From: a virus
Taxonomy: Duplodnaviria; Caudoviricetes
Virus record (IMG/VR): IMGVR_UViG_2595698685_000001
Span: 32,001 to 96,000 of that record
Reading direction: 5' to 3' (one strand)
DNA length: 64,000 nucleotides
Below are positions 23,743 through 32,557 of the stretch, in pieces (within the stretch, counting starts at the first letter, position 1; every line of letters starts with the position of its first letter). The position numbers were made by a program, and so were the translations under genes. The notes under the pieces are model-generated. The model was given only the letters and a program-made list of their open reading frames with translations. It had not been told where the DNA came from and made no database searches.

Positions 23743-23901
23743 ATGGCTATATTCAGAGACGTTGAAGCTATAGAACGTAAGCTCCAACGAGGAGAAGAAC
23801 TTCTGCCATATGAAGTAATGGTTATTGTGGAGTTCTCAGAGATACCACATCTTCGGGTTGAGGCAGTGCAACAATTAATAGAAAGAATAGGTAGGAGGTA
23901 A
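23743..23901 (+). CDS. hypothetical 52-aa protein
   Basis: GGAG RBS, fills the gap (MAIFRDVEAIERKLQRG...). Confidence 0.6.
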   Translation: MAIFRDVEAIERKLQRGEELLPYEVMVIVEFSEIPHLRVEAVQQLIERIGRR

Positions 23902-23902
23902 G

Positions 23903-24121
23903 ATGGACGCCAAAGTATTAAAGTATAAGTTTATCTATGGTGGGGAACTTAGTAATGACGAATTACTATTATTGTTCCGTAATGGTGATGAGTTTATTGC
24001 TAGACAAGTGCATCAGGTAATTTCAGCCAAGCTGGTTGAAGGGCAAACAGCTAGTGATACTCTTAGCTATTTAGAAGGTCAGCCTGAGTTTGGTGAAGCA
24101 TTGAGGAAATTGTATGCGTAG
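23903..24121 (+). CDS. hypothetical protein
   Basis: 72 aa, AGGAGG RBS. Confidence 0.75.
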   Translation: MDAKVLKYKFIYGGELSNDELLLLFRNGDEFIARQVHQVISAKLVEGQTASDTLSYLEGQPEFGEALRKLYA

Positions 24122-24869
24122 ACTAATTGTAATTAGCGGTGCAGGTCTATCTGTAGAAAGTGGGATTAGAGCTTTCCGCACAGATACAGGTAGCGGTAAG
24201 GCTATGTGGGATGAGTACGATCTGGAAGAGGTGTGTAATATTTCAGCTTTTCGGGGCAACTTCTATGGTACCACTCATGAGTTCTACAACAAACGTCGTC
24301 AAGAACTAGAGACCGTAGAGCCAAACTTAGCCCATCTTCGTATTGCTGAGTGGTTTAATAGATTCAGTGGGGTGGTTAACATCACTACTAACGTTGATGA
24401 CCTTATTGAACGAGCTGGAGTTCCTAGGGGTGAAGTACTTCATGTTCATGGGTACCTTAAAGAACTGGTCGTAGAAACAGAGGCGGGAGATCGTAAGCGC
24501 ATTGTAGATGTAGGGTATAATGCCATTAACCCTGACGACTACGGCTGGTGCAAACCTAACGTTGTTTTCTTTGGAGAAATGGCACCAGAATACACGCCTA
24601 TGTATGGTATTCTAGATACTCTTACAGCTAATGACATGGTTATCCTTGTGGGGTGTAGTAATACAGTTATAAACTTTAATTGGGAGCTTCTTCCGGCTGC
24701 TAGACGTGGTACTAAAGTACACATTGTTAACCCTATGATTAACTATCTGGAGCAAGAGGGCTATACATCTTCTGGAGTAACCGTATGGCGTGCAGGAGCA
24801 GTTGAAGTATTTTCCAACCCTACGTTTCTTCGGACTGTTGAGGACTTTATGGAATGCAACTTAATCTAA
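24114..24869 (+). CDS. sir2: Sir2/CobB family NAD-dependent deacylase
   Basis: GAGLSVESGIRAFR, TTNVDDL.ERAG, HVHG, KPNVVFFGE. Confidence 0.95.
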   Translation: MRRLIVISGAGLSVESGIRAFRTDTGSGKAMWDEYDLEEVCNISAFRGNFYGTTHEFYNKRRQELETVEPNLAHLRIAEWFNRFSGVVNITTNVDDLIERAGVPRGEVLHVHGYLKELVVETEAGDRKRIVDVGYNAINPDDYGWCKPNVVFFGEMAPEYTPMYGILDTLTANDMVILVGCSNTVINFNWELLPAARRGTKVHIVNPMINYLEQEGYTSSGVTVWRAGAVEVFSNPTFLRTVEDFMECNLI

Positions 24870-25042
24870 GCCAAATTCTACAGGATGCTGTAGCTATCCT
24901 AATACTGGTGCTTATATACATATTCGTTATAGCTCCCATAGCATTAATTGGGGGCATTCTTTTAGCTATATTTGGTGAAAAGGTGACTCTCAGTGAACCA
25001 GACAAGAACAATATTTCTAGACGTGGACGGAGTACTCAATAG
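24854..25042 (+). CDS. small membrane protein
   Basis: long hydrophobic helix. Confidence 0.55.
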   Translation: MQLNLSQILQDAVAILILVLIYIFVIAPIALIGGILLAIFGEKVTLSEPDKNNISRRGRSTQ

Positions 25043-25529
25043 TTATCTTGGGCACTTAAGTAAGCATGGCCTTTCAGAAGTTATTGACGAAAGAATCCAT
25101 GTAGAAAAGAAACTTAAGGGGATTACTTATTGGTATGAAGAACCCCTTCTTGGTCTACTCCTATGGCTTATAGAGGAAACAGGGGCTAAAATAGTAGGTA
25201 TTTCTTCTTGGTTTAACGTTGGGGATGATTCCCATAACCAAATGTTAGCTAAGTTTCTAGGCATAGACGAGGTGTTCTTAGGCACTACAGACTACACTGG
25301 AGGCGGCCTTCCTAGAGGGGATTCTGTTCTTCGGTATGTAGAAGAACATGAGCTACAGCACTGGTGCGTTATTGATGATGCTGGTGGGGGTATGTACCAG
25401 TTCCCTACTGTAAATGTTAACGGTAGGATTGGTCTCACAGGATTCGATGTTAACACCGCAAAAGATTTGCTAGATGGATTTCATAGTGTTCAACTCTATA
25501 AATTAATGCAAAAAATGGGGAGTAATTAA
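24993..25529 (+). CDS. HAD-superfamily phosphatase (Swiss-army-knife RNA repair type)
   Basis: FLDVDGVLN, ISSW, WCVIDD, GLT motifs. Confidence 0.8.
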   Translation: MNQTRTIFLDVDGVLNSYLGHLSKHGLSEVIDERIHVEKKLKGITYWYEEPLLGLLLWLIEETGAKIVGISSWFNVGDDSHNQMLAKFLGIDEVFLGTTDYTGGGLPRGDSVLRYVEEHELQHWCVIDDAGGGMYQFPTVNVNGRIGLTGFDVNTAKDLLDGFHSVQLYKLMQKMGSN

Positions 25530-25801
25530 TGAGTGTGTTAAAAAATATTGGTAGAGGTTTTATGCTGGCCCTAGGGTCTATTTCCGTAGGTGTAGGTATT
25601 GCCCTGATTGGTGTTGTTAAGGGAGTAATTATTTGCGTTACTGGAGGTAAAAAGGGTGGTAAGGCGTATAAGTTTTCTGGAGTTACTGTTCATTTAGCAG
25701 AGCCTTCAGAAACTATTACCCACTGGTTTGTTCGATCTGTAGACTCTAAGGGAGAACACATCACTAACGAGGAGGTTGTATTAAATGGCAGTGAAAAGTA
25801 A
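25529..25801 (+). CDS. hypothetical membrane-anchored protein
   Basis: N-terminal hydrophobic segment, TAATG overlap. Confidence 0.7.
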   Translation: MSVLKNIGRGFMLALGSISVGVGIALIGVVKGVIICVTGGKKGGKAYKFSGVTVHLAEPSETITHWFVRSVDSKGEHITNEEVVLNGSEK

Positions 25802-26195
25802 GCTTATCCCTTGGGCTGATCTATTACATTTGCCCTTATTCAATGAAGTTCAGGAGTTTCTTGAGACCGTTCTAGGAGCTGACGAAGTGTACTTTATCAC
25901 TAAGTATGTAGACTCCGTCAAAGTATCTACAGGAGTGTTTATTCGACGCACATCTTTTGATTCTTATGGTACAGTCTTAGACTGGAATGAGGTTGCAGAG
26001 ATGGGTCTGCTAGTTTTAGTTAATAACCGTATCCTACATCCAGAAGGTTTTGCATTAGCTAGAGATACTGGTACAGGCTTTTCTCCAGGAGCCTTGTTTG
26101 TAGAAGGTGACACATGGGAGTACGATGAGTACGACTTAGATGTGGCCGCTGCACGTCTTGAAACCAATGGTTTTGATGTAGAACTAATTCGATAA
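25785..26195 (+). CDS. hypothetical protein
   Basis: 136 aa, GAGGAGG RBS. Confidence 0.75.
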   Translation: MAVKSKLIPWADLLHLPLFNEVQEFLETVLGADEVYFITKYVDSVKVSTGVFIRRTSFDSYGTVLDWNEVAEMGLLVLVNNRILHPEGFALARDTGTGFSPGALFVEGDTWEYDEYDLDVAAARLETNGFDVELIR

Positions 26196-26211
26196 TTGTT
26201 GGCACACCCCT

Positions 26212-26240
26212 AAGTCCGAGTCATTATGACTCGGACTTTT
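26212..26240 (+). terminator. intrinsic terminator
   Basis: AAGTCCGAGTCA/TGACTCGGACTT plus TT. Confidence 0.75.
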
Positions 26241-26282
26241 GTGCATTTGAAAGGTCTGCCTGTCCGGATTCAAAAAATGCAC

Positions 26283-26311
26283 TTGCCATTTGCCATCGGA
26301 CTTGTTATAAT
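26283..26311 (+). promoter_or_regulatory. sigma70 promoter for the long leader and origin-binding protein
   Basis: TTGCCA-17-TATAAT. Confidence 0.8.
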
Positions 26312-26357
26312 AGATGCATCAATTGAGAGTACTTCGTTAAGACACAAGTTTTACCGA

Positions 26358-26760
26358 ATTGCTTTTTGCTAATTGGGATACGGAACAGTTCGGCTGCCCC
26401 ATCACCTTTTGGTTATTATATAACTTTGCAATTACTAATAAATAGGATACAGACTAGCTACACTTCGTAAACCGGCTGAAAGACCCGGATATAGCGGCAT
26501 AGATTAAGGTTGCCGACCACTATAGCGAAAGGGGTGAGATTCCCTGAGAAGTGTTGCACAACCTCAATTACAGTGTTGGGCGGGACAGGATCTACGCGAC
26601 ACAGATACGGGACGACTTAGCGGTCTCCTTAGCTCGTATTGATTGAGGCATAAGCCAGTGTAGGGTCGATAAGGGGGTTGCCATCCCTTACGGTATCTGA
26701 TAAAAGTATTTGTAGGTTATATAATAACCCTCTCTCTAATGAGTTGGGCATGTAGCAATA
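26358..26760 (+). ncRNA. structured leader RNA upstream of the origin-binding protein gene
   Basis: ~25-bp stem 26411-26436/26705-26729 enclosing nested stems. Confidence 0.6.
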
Positions 26761-26785
26761 GTATAAACTAACAGAAGGACTGTAA

Positions 26786-29596
26786 ATGTTTTCTATCTTA
26801 GAAGGCCATGAGGGTTTCACCCGAGATCTCTCTACTGGTACGTGGAAAAGTGTTAAGTCCACAGACCATGTCTTTGCAAAAGAATTTAGCTCTAGTAATC
26901 CCAAGGGTAAACCCTCTGCCCTACCATATAAATTTAATGTGGTGGACGAAGTGTACCCGGAAACCCTACGTGACGCACTACTTATGCTGGAGAAGCTAAC
27001 AAATACTCCACATACTGTAGCAGTTAGGGGTAAGTGCGTAGTCGCTAGAACTGGAATACGTAGACGTAGAGCTAATTTTGATATATCTATCCCAAGTAAG
27101 ATTATAGCCTTAGACGTTGATGGGCTAGACATTGGTGCGGACATTCCCTTCTGGGATCTAGAAGCGCAGGGTAGGTATGTAATAAAACTACTTAATAGTA
27201 TCAGTGAGGATATGTTCCCACTAAATGCAGGGTTTGTAGCTCATGCATCATCTTCTGCTGGCCTTAAAACGGGTATACGTATGCACTTGGTATTGCAGAG
27301 TAATATACCTGTGACACAAGGTCAATTAAAGTTCCTGTTCACTACTGTTAATGATAGTAGTCGACAAAAGTCCTACGGAGAAATAGCTGACTTAGCTTAT
27401 TATTCATCCGTACAGGCCCACTATTTTGCAGACCCCTTATTCCGTGATGGTATTGAAGATCCGTTTAAAGCGGAGAATAAGTCTCGTCTAGTATATGTTA
27501 AGGGCCCGGCAATAAACTTACCGAATAATCTTCCTGACTTTGAGGCAACAAGAGGTGAGTTCAAAGAGGAGTTTTTGTCCTTACTTGACCAGATTCAAGG
27601 TATTGCAGAACCAACGGATAAAGTAGAGGATACCATTGCAGAATTAGAAGAGGCTGACGATGGTGTATATCTTCGTATTATACCGAAGCTTTACCACAGA
27701 GCTTTGGAGGATGGAGTTGACTTCTCATGGCTTGAGAAAGAGATAACCCCCGCTCTGACAGAGTACATTATGACCAAGGATAACTCTAGGACAATCAATG
27801 ATTACTTTGTTAATGGTAGACGTCAAGCACTGAAAGCATTTGTTAATAACTCCAAACGAGAAATACCTTCCGGCAACCTAAAAGGTATTCCACTCAAGGA
27901 GTTAACCTCAGATAATGTACCACATAACAACTATCTTGTTATGACTAAAGTCCCACCAGAAGGCACACTTACTTTTGTAAAGGCTAGTCTAGGTACAGGT
28001 AAAACAACTGCGGTAGTTCGTTGGTTAGAGGCAGGAGTTCTCCCTGGGAAGTTCCTAGCTATCACAAATACTAGAGCTTTAGTATCTTCCAATGCTAAGA
28101 AGTTTGATGCAGGTCAGTACAATCAGTCTATTGACATGTTAAACTTCAAACGTGGTACCACCCAACGCATGTCCTCTACTATTCACTCCATACATCGTTT
28201 TAAAAACTTTGTCGGAGAGATTGATACTATCTTTATAGATGAGTGCGATGCAGTGATGAATGATTTATTGTTTGCCCCTGTTGTTCGCCAACGTAGAGAG
28301 TGTATTAACGTGCTAAGAGAACTACTGCTTAGTGCAAAACGGGTGATTTTATCAGATGGTGACATTAGCGGAGAAACTATTGAGGCTTATGGGGCTTTAA
28401 TAGACTTTGATAAACCAGTGAACTATTATGTTCATCATCGGAAGATGTTGTCAGGAGCTAATGCATATGAATTCCCTGATGAAAAGAGTATTTGGGTTGC
28501 ATTGCAAACTAGCTTAGAGCTAGGGGAGAAGTGTATCTTAGTTTCAGACTGTGGCCCTGACGAACTCAATGAGAAAGGCATGGCTCTTAGGAGAAACACA
28601 GATTGTATTGTCAAGGAGATTCATTCTAACTCTACTTCTGATATAGATATACGAAGAATCCTAGACTATACTACTGAAGAGCTAACAACTCAACAAATAG
28701 ATGGGCTATTATGTAGTCCATCTGTGACAAGTGGAGTAGACTTTAACTACTTTGATAGTGTATTCGTTATAACTCGAACATCCAATCAAGCGCCAAACAT
28801 GCGCTTTCAGGCAATTAGGCGCGACCGTGGAGCTAAGAATATCTACTATTTCATTGATAAATCAACTAGTGGATTTTCCGCAGGTTCTGAGCAATATAAT
28901 GCGGATGAAGGATGGTTTGAATTTGCACAGCAGTTGTTTGCTAAACGTAGGGAGTTAGAGTCTAGGAACTATATCAGCACTTTGAGGTATTATTTGCTTG
29001 ACCAAGGCGCTAGAATAACTATATTCAGTGAGAGTTGGGGTAGCATAGATAGTGCTTCCGAGGAGTATACTCAGGAAAGGATAAGAGCAATACTCCACAG
29101 TACTCAGGAATACTGTATGCCTAGACATGCGGATGCTTATGAAGCCAAGCTAATGCTAGTGCATTACTATCATTTAGAGAGCGTCAAGGATGTTACAGAA
29201 GAACTGGTTGCACAGTATATTAGTGATAAACCAGATCAAAGAGCAGCATTCTTCCACAAGTTACAGGATGTGTTCTGGGAATCTATTAAGAAGTGCAATA
29301 ATGTAACTATCTCGCCTTTTATAGAAGCATTGAAAAAGCATAAGAAAGACTTCTTTATTCGTACAGGTCAAAGCTCTAACCCCAAATATGCCAGAATGTA
29401 CCTAGGTATGATGGGAATTAAATCTGACTTTGATTTTGACAAGGTTGTGGATTGGTATAGAACCTTTTGTAGACTAGAAGGGATTCCTATTCCAGGCAAG
29501 TTCATGACCAGAGAAGAACAGATTATGAGAGAAGAGCAACAGTCTGAACTAGGAGTTAGAGCTAATGACAGACCCTCGATGGAAGACGAGACGTAA
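26786..29596 (+). CDS. obp: replication origin-binding protein (UL9-like SF2 helicase domain)
   Basis: KASLGTGKTT Walker A, FIDECD Walker B, SPSVTSGVDF; T5 synteny. Confidence 0.85.
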   Translation: MFSILEGHEGFTRDLSTGTWKSVKSTDHVFAKEFSSSNPKGKPSALPYKFNVVDEVYPETLRDALLMLEKLTNTPHTVAVRGKCVVARTGIRRRRANFDISIPSKIIALDVDGLDIGADIPFWDLEAQGRYVIKLLNSISEDMFPLNAGFVAHASSSAGLKTGIRMHLVLQSNIPVTQGQLKFLFTTVNDSSRQKSYGEIADLAYYSSVQAHYFADPLFRDGIEDPFKAENKSRLVYVKGPAINLPNNLPDFEATRGEFKEEFLSLLDQIQGIAEPTDKVEDTIAELEEADDGVYLRIIPKLYHRALEDGVDFSWLEKEITPALTEYIMTKDNSRTINDYFVNGRRQALKAFVNNSKREIPSGNLKGIPLKELTSDNVPHNNYLVMTKVPPEGTLTFVKASLGTGKTTAVVRWLEAGVLPGKFLAITNTRALVSSNAKKFDAGQYNQSIDMLNFKRGTTQRMSSTIHSIHRFKNFVGEIDTIFIDECDAVMNDLLFAPVVRQRRECINVLRELLLSAKRVILSDGDISGETIEAYGALIDFDKPVNYYVHHRKMLSGANAYEFPDEKSIWVALQTSLELGEKCILVSDCGPDELNEKGMALRRNTDCIVKEIHSNSTSDIDIRRILDYTTEELTTQQIDGLLCSPSVTSGVDFNYFDSVFVITRTSNQAPNMRFQAIRRDRGAKNIYYFIDKSTSGFSAGSEQYNADEGWFEFAQQLFAKRRELESRNYISTLRYYLLDQGARITIFSESWGSIDSASEEYTQERIRAILHSTQEYCMPRHADAYEAKLMLVHYYHLESVKDVTEELVAQYISDKPDQRAAFFHKLQDVFWESIKKCNNVTISPFIEALKKHKKDFFIRTGQSSNPKYARMYLGMMGIKSDFDFDKVVDWYRTFCRLEGIPIPGKFMTREEQIMREEQQSELGVRANDRPSMEDET

Positions 29597-29804
29597 TCCT
29601 AGAAAGAAAGTGGCTCCTAAACCTGAGGTAGAACTTTGTAGGGTTCTACCTCATAGGTTAGCCCACATACCGGGAGCTGTAGAATGGTTAGTGAGCAAGC
29701 CTAAAAGACGGCTAGATACTAGGGTAAGTTTTGAACTGAGAAAACTTTATGCAGAGTTGGCCAGTCTAGTGAAAAATTCACTTGCAAAAGAACACAATAT
29801 TTGA
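29565..29804 (+). CDS. hypothetical basic protein
   Basis: 79 aa, AGGAG RBS. Confidence 0.65.
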   Translation: MTDPRWKTRRNPRKKVAPKPEVELCRVLPHRLAHIPGAVEWLVSKPKRRLDTRVSFELRKLYAELASLVKNSLAKEHNI

Positions 29805-29810
29805 TATAAT
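29782..29810 (+). promoter_or_regulatory. sigma70 promoter
   Basis: AAAAATTCAC-TTGCAA-17-TATAAT. Confidence 0.8.
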
Positions 29811-29841
29811 GTGTTTAATAAATTGATAAAGGAATTTAGAC

Positions 29842-30531
29842 ATGTCTATTCGCAGAAAGAAAAGCATACACGATATTAGTGATGATACCTTTAAAGCTGT
29901 TATAGAACACTTAGAAAACGGTGGAACTAAAAAGCGCGCCTGTGAAATGCTTAACGTAAGCTCTAATACTACTATGGAACGTATGGTACTAGAGTGGCAG
30001 GAAAATCAGGTAGTCATTGCTGAAATGAAGAAAAAGAAGCGTGGCACACCAATAGAGGGTATTGAGCTTGCAAATATCATTGAATCCTATCTGCAAGGCG
30101 ATTCCTTTGATGAGATAGCAACTCGTAACTATCGCTCAACAAGCATGGTTAAAGCATCTTTGGAAAGAGCGGGAGCGTTACTCCGTATTCAAGGTACTCC
30201 AGATCCACTTCACCCACCAATGATTCCAGACGAGGCTGTTGCAGAATCTTTTGAAATTGGAGAGCACGTATGGGTTCCTGGGTACCAAATGATTGGTGAA
30301 ATTATTACACCGATAACTAATCCAGTAGGAGGATATAGGGTATACCTGTTAGGGGAATCCACTCAACAATACATTCATGTAATGTACTACGAATTAGCAT
30401 CCGTACGTCACCTAGAGAAGTTAGGTGTCAACATTAAGTCTCTAGGGTTTAAATGGACAAAAGAGGATTCTTACACACTTCTCAATGAGGCTGTGAGATC
30501 TGCTCTAAAACGTGAGAAGTCTACCAAGTAA
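29842..30531 (+). CDS. D2: T5 D2-like DNA-binding protein
   Basis: HTH-like TKKRACEMLNV; position after obp. Confidence 0.75.
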   Translation: MSIRRKKSIHDISDDTFKAVIEHLENGGTKKRACEMLNVSSNTTMERMVLEWQENQVVIAEMKKKKRGTPIEGIELANIIESYLQGDSFDEIATRNYRSTSMVKASLERAGALLRIQGTPDPLHPPMIPDEAVAESFEIGEHVWVPGYQMIGEIITPITNPVGGYRVYLLGESTQQYIHVMYYELASVRHLEKLGVNIKSLGFKWTKEDSYTLLNEAVRSALKREKSTK

Positions 30532-30544
30532 CCATAAATTGTAC

Positions 30545-30573
30545 TTGCTCAATACCACTTTTTGTTTTATACT
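30545..30573 (+). promoter_or_regulatory. sigma70 promoter
   Basis: TTGCTC-17-TATACT. Confidence 0.7.
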
Positions 30574-30612
30574 AGATGTATAAATTAATTAACCAACCGA
30601 GGAAATAAAAAC

Positions 30613-31017
30613 ATGGCAGCAGTAACCCAATGGACCGAAGAACTTTTCAACGAACTGGCCTCTGAATACCAATCAAAGATCAATGCGTATCCAGAAGACG
30701 AGCGTGGAACAGTTAGTATGGAAATCGTTAACGAAGTAGCAAAAGCTGCTGGTGTAACAGCTAACGGACTTCGTATTAAACTTACCAATGCTGGTCTGTA
30801 TGTTCGTAAAACTACAGTAACTAAACCTGCCGCAACTAAAGGCGAAAGCAAATCTGGTGGAGCACGCACATCTAAAGCAGATGCACACAGTGCACTACGT
30901 GGAGCATTCTCTGATGCAGGTCTGGAAGATGGATTCTTAGATGATGAAATCATTGATAAGTTAACTGGTAAAGCCGCACTGCACCTTGCAGAAGCTGTTC
31001 GTAAAATCACTAAATAA
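30613..31017 (+). CDS. D3: T5 D3-like DNA-binding protein
   Basis: TQWTEE, NGLRIKLTNAGLYVRK, IIDKLTGKAA; synteny. Confidence 0.75.
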   Translation: MAAVTQWTEELFNELASEYQSKINAYPEDERGTVSMEIVNEVAKAAGVTANGLRIKLTNAGLYVRKTTVTKPAATKGESKSGGARTSKADAHSALRGAFSDAGLEDGFLDDEIIDKLTGKAALHLAEAVRKITK

Positions 31018-31026
31018 GGATAGTCT

Positions 31027-31341
31027 ATGACTAAATCAGATATTGTAGCCCAATGCACTGAGTTTGGCGAGTTCTATATTCAGTATGAATATTTGAAGCC
31101 TAAGTCTGAGGGCGGCAAGCAAAGTCGCAAAACAACTTATCTACAGGGAACTATGGAGTTCTCTCCAGAACAAGATAAGTATGTCGCAGCACGATACAAA
31201 GCAGAACGTATTAAGCCTGCCGATAAAGACCACATCCTAGTATTTAGTCGCACAGGGAATGTATTTCGGTATATCCCAGTATCCAAAGTCCGTAGAGTAA
31301 CCAGCTTACAATACGAACTGGATAAAGCCAAAAAGTTCTAG
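31027..31341 (+). CDS. hypothetical protein
   Basis: 104 aa, AAGGA RBS. Confidence 0.75.
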   Translation: MTKSDIVAQCTEFGEFYIQYEYLKPKSEGGKQSRKTTYLQGTMEFSPEQDKYVAARYKAERIKPADKDHILVFSRTGNVFRYIPVSKVRRVTSLQYELDKAKKF

Positions 31342-31342
31342 A

Positions 31343-31642
31343 ATGTCAGAAGTTAATCAGGATTACTCTGGTCATGAAGATGACCAGAGTTTCATCATAT
31401 TTGAAAGAGAAGGAACAGAAATACGACTAACCGTTTCTGAATTTAGAGATAACCTTTACCTAGGGTTTAGACTATGGCTCCAAGATATTAATGGAGAATG
31501 GTTCCCTACAAAATCAGGCTTTTCTTTTCCATACTCTATTGAAACCACATCGAGAATATTCAGAGCTTTCACTAAAATTCTAAGTGAGTCTGAAGTACTT
31601 TATGAAGTAGCTCAAAGAGCAAAAGAAAAGGCTGAAGAATGA
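31343..31642 (+). CDS. PC4-like ssDNA-binding protein
   Basis: IRLTVSEFR..LYLGFR.W....GEWFPTKSGFS. Confidence 0.8.
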   Translation: MSEVNQDYSGHEDDQSFIIFEREGTEIRLTVSEFRDNLYLGFRLWLQDINGEWFPTKSGFSFPYSIETTSRIFRAFTKILSESEVLYEVAQRAKEKAEE

Positions 31643-31695
31643 TTCTCTTCAGCCTTTTTTATTTCATAAAGTATTTCTATAACCGGAGAACTAAA

Positions 31696-32016
31696 ATGAG
31701 TAAAGAAGTAATATACAATCAGATAACAGCAGAACGAGATAGACAAGATGCCAAATGGGGTGTTCAGGATAATCATCCTCTTATGTGGAACACTATCCTG
31801 ATGGAAGAAGTTGGTGAGGCTGCGGAAGCCACCCTAGACTGGCACTGGTCACATTGCACTGAAAATGGTTGCACAGAAGAAGAGAAGTTCAATAAACTTA
31901 GACATCTTCGTGAAGAACTTATTCAGATTGCAGCAGTAGCTGTTGCACACATTGAAAACTTAGATGGCTTTGCAGAGGAGAATTTCAGTGAGCTATTACG
32001 CAGGAATCGGGTCTAG
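31696..32016 (+). CDS. MazG-like nucleotide pyrophosphohydrolase
   Basis: ERDRQDAKWG, LMEEVGEAAEA, REELIQIAAVAVA; GGAG RBS. Confidence 0.8.
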   Translation: MSKEVIYNQITAERDRQDAKWGVQDNHPLMWNTILMEEVGEAAEATLDWHWSHCTENGCTEEEKFNKLRHLREELIQIAAVAVAHIENLDGFAEENFSELLRRNRV

Positions 32017-32557
32017 AGAGACTCCTGAGGCTATTACAGACCATATGTCTGATATGGCAGTAGAATTGTATTACTTAGGACTAACTCTGCTAAGCGGTAG
32101 AGCAGAAGGCCCAGATTGGGCATTCCAACGTGGTGCTGAGTATGCAATGACTGAATCTGGTGGCATAGTTAGACAGCAAATCTATCTTCCAAAGGATAGC
32201 TTCAATAGGAAGTTTGGTAATATTGGGGCTAGAAATCCGCAACACTGGAGTAACTATTCTGACGCTGAAGATATCATGGAAACCCTACACCCTAAAGGGC
32301 AGTACTTAACAGGATTTTCTAGACAAGCACATACTAGAAACGTGTACCAAATTTTAGGAGATGATTTGGCTACTCCAGTATCTTTTGTTATTTGCTACGC
32401 GAAACCCCTAGGTAAAGTACGAGTTAGCGGAGGTACTGCAACTGCGGTAGCTTTAGCGCATAGACTAGGTATTCCAGTATACAATTTGTATGATGAAAAG
32501 AATATTGAAGCTGTGTACGACCTGATTAAGGAACTAAAAGATGAAGCAAGTAATTAA
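31988..32557 (+). CDS. SLOG (DprA/YAcAr-like) family protein
   Basis: YAGIGSRETP, SGRAEGPD, RNVYQILG, GGTATAV..A....IPVYNL. Confidence 0.8.
   Translation: MSYYAGIGSRETPEAITDHMSDMAVELYYLGLTLLSGRAEGPDWAFQRGAEYAMTESGGIVRQQIYLPKDSFNRKFGNIGARNPQHWSNYSDAEDIMETLHPKGQYLTGFSRQAHTRNVYQILGDDLATPVSFVICYAKPLGKVRVSGGTATAVALAHRLGIPVYNLYDEKNIEAVYDLIKELKDEASN

Noticed and set aside
26472-26540. Hammerhead ribozyme (CTGAAAGA ... CGAAA)
   Set aside because: CTGAAAGA sits in a hairpin loop and does not match the CUGANGA spacing or three-stem junction
26629-27144. 171-aa minus-strand ORF
   Set aside because: Antisense to obp and the structured leader, no RBS or recognisable motif
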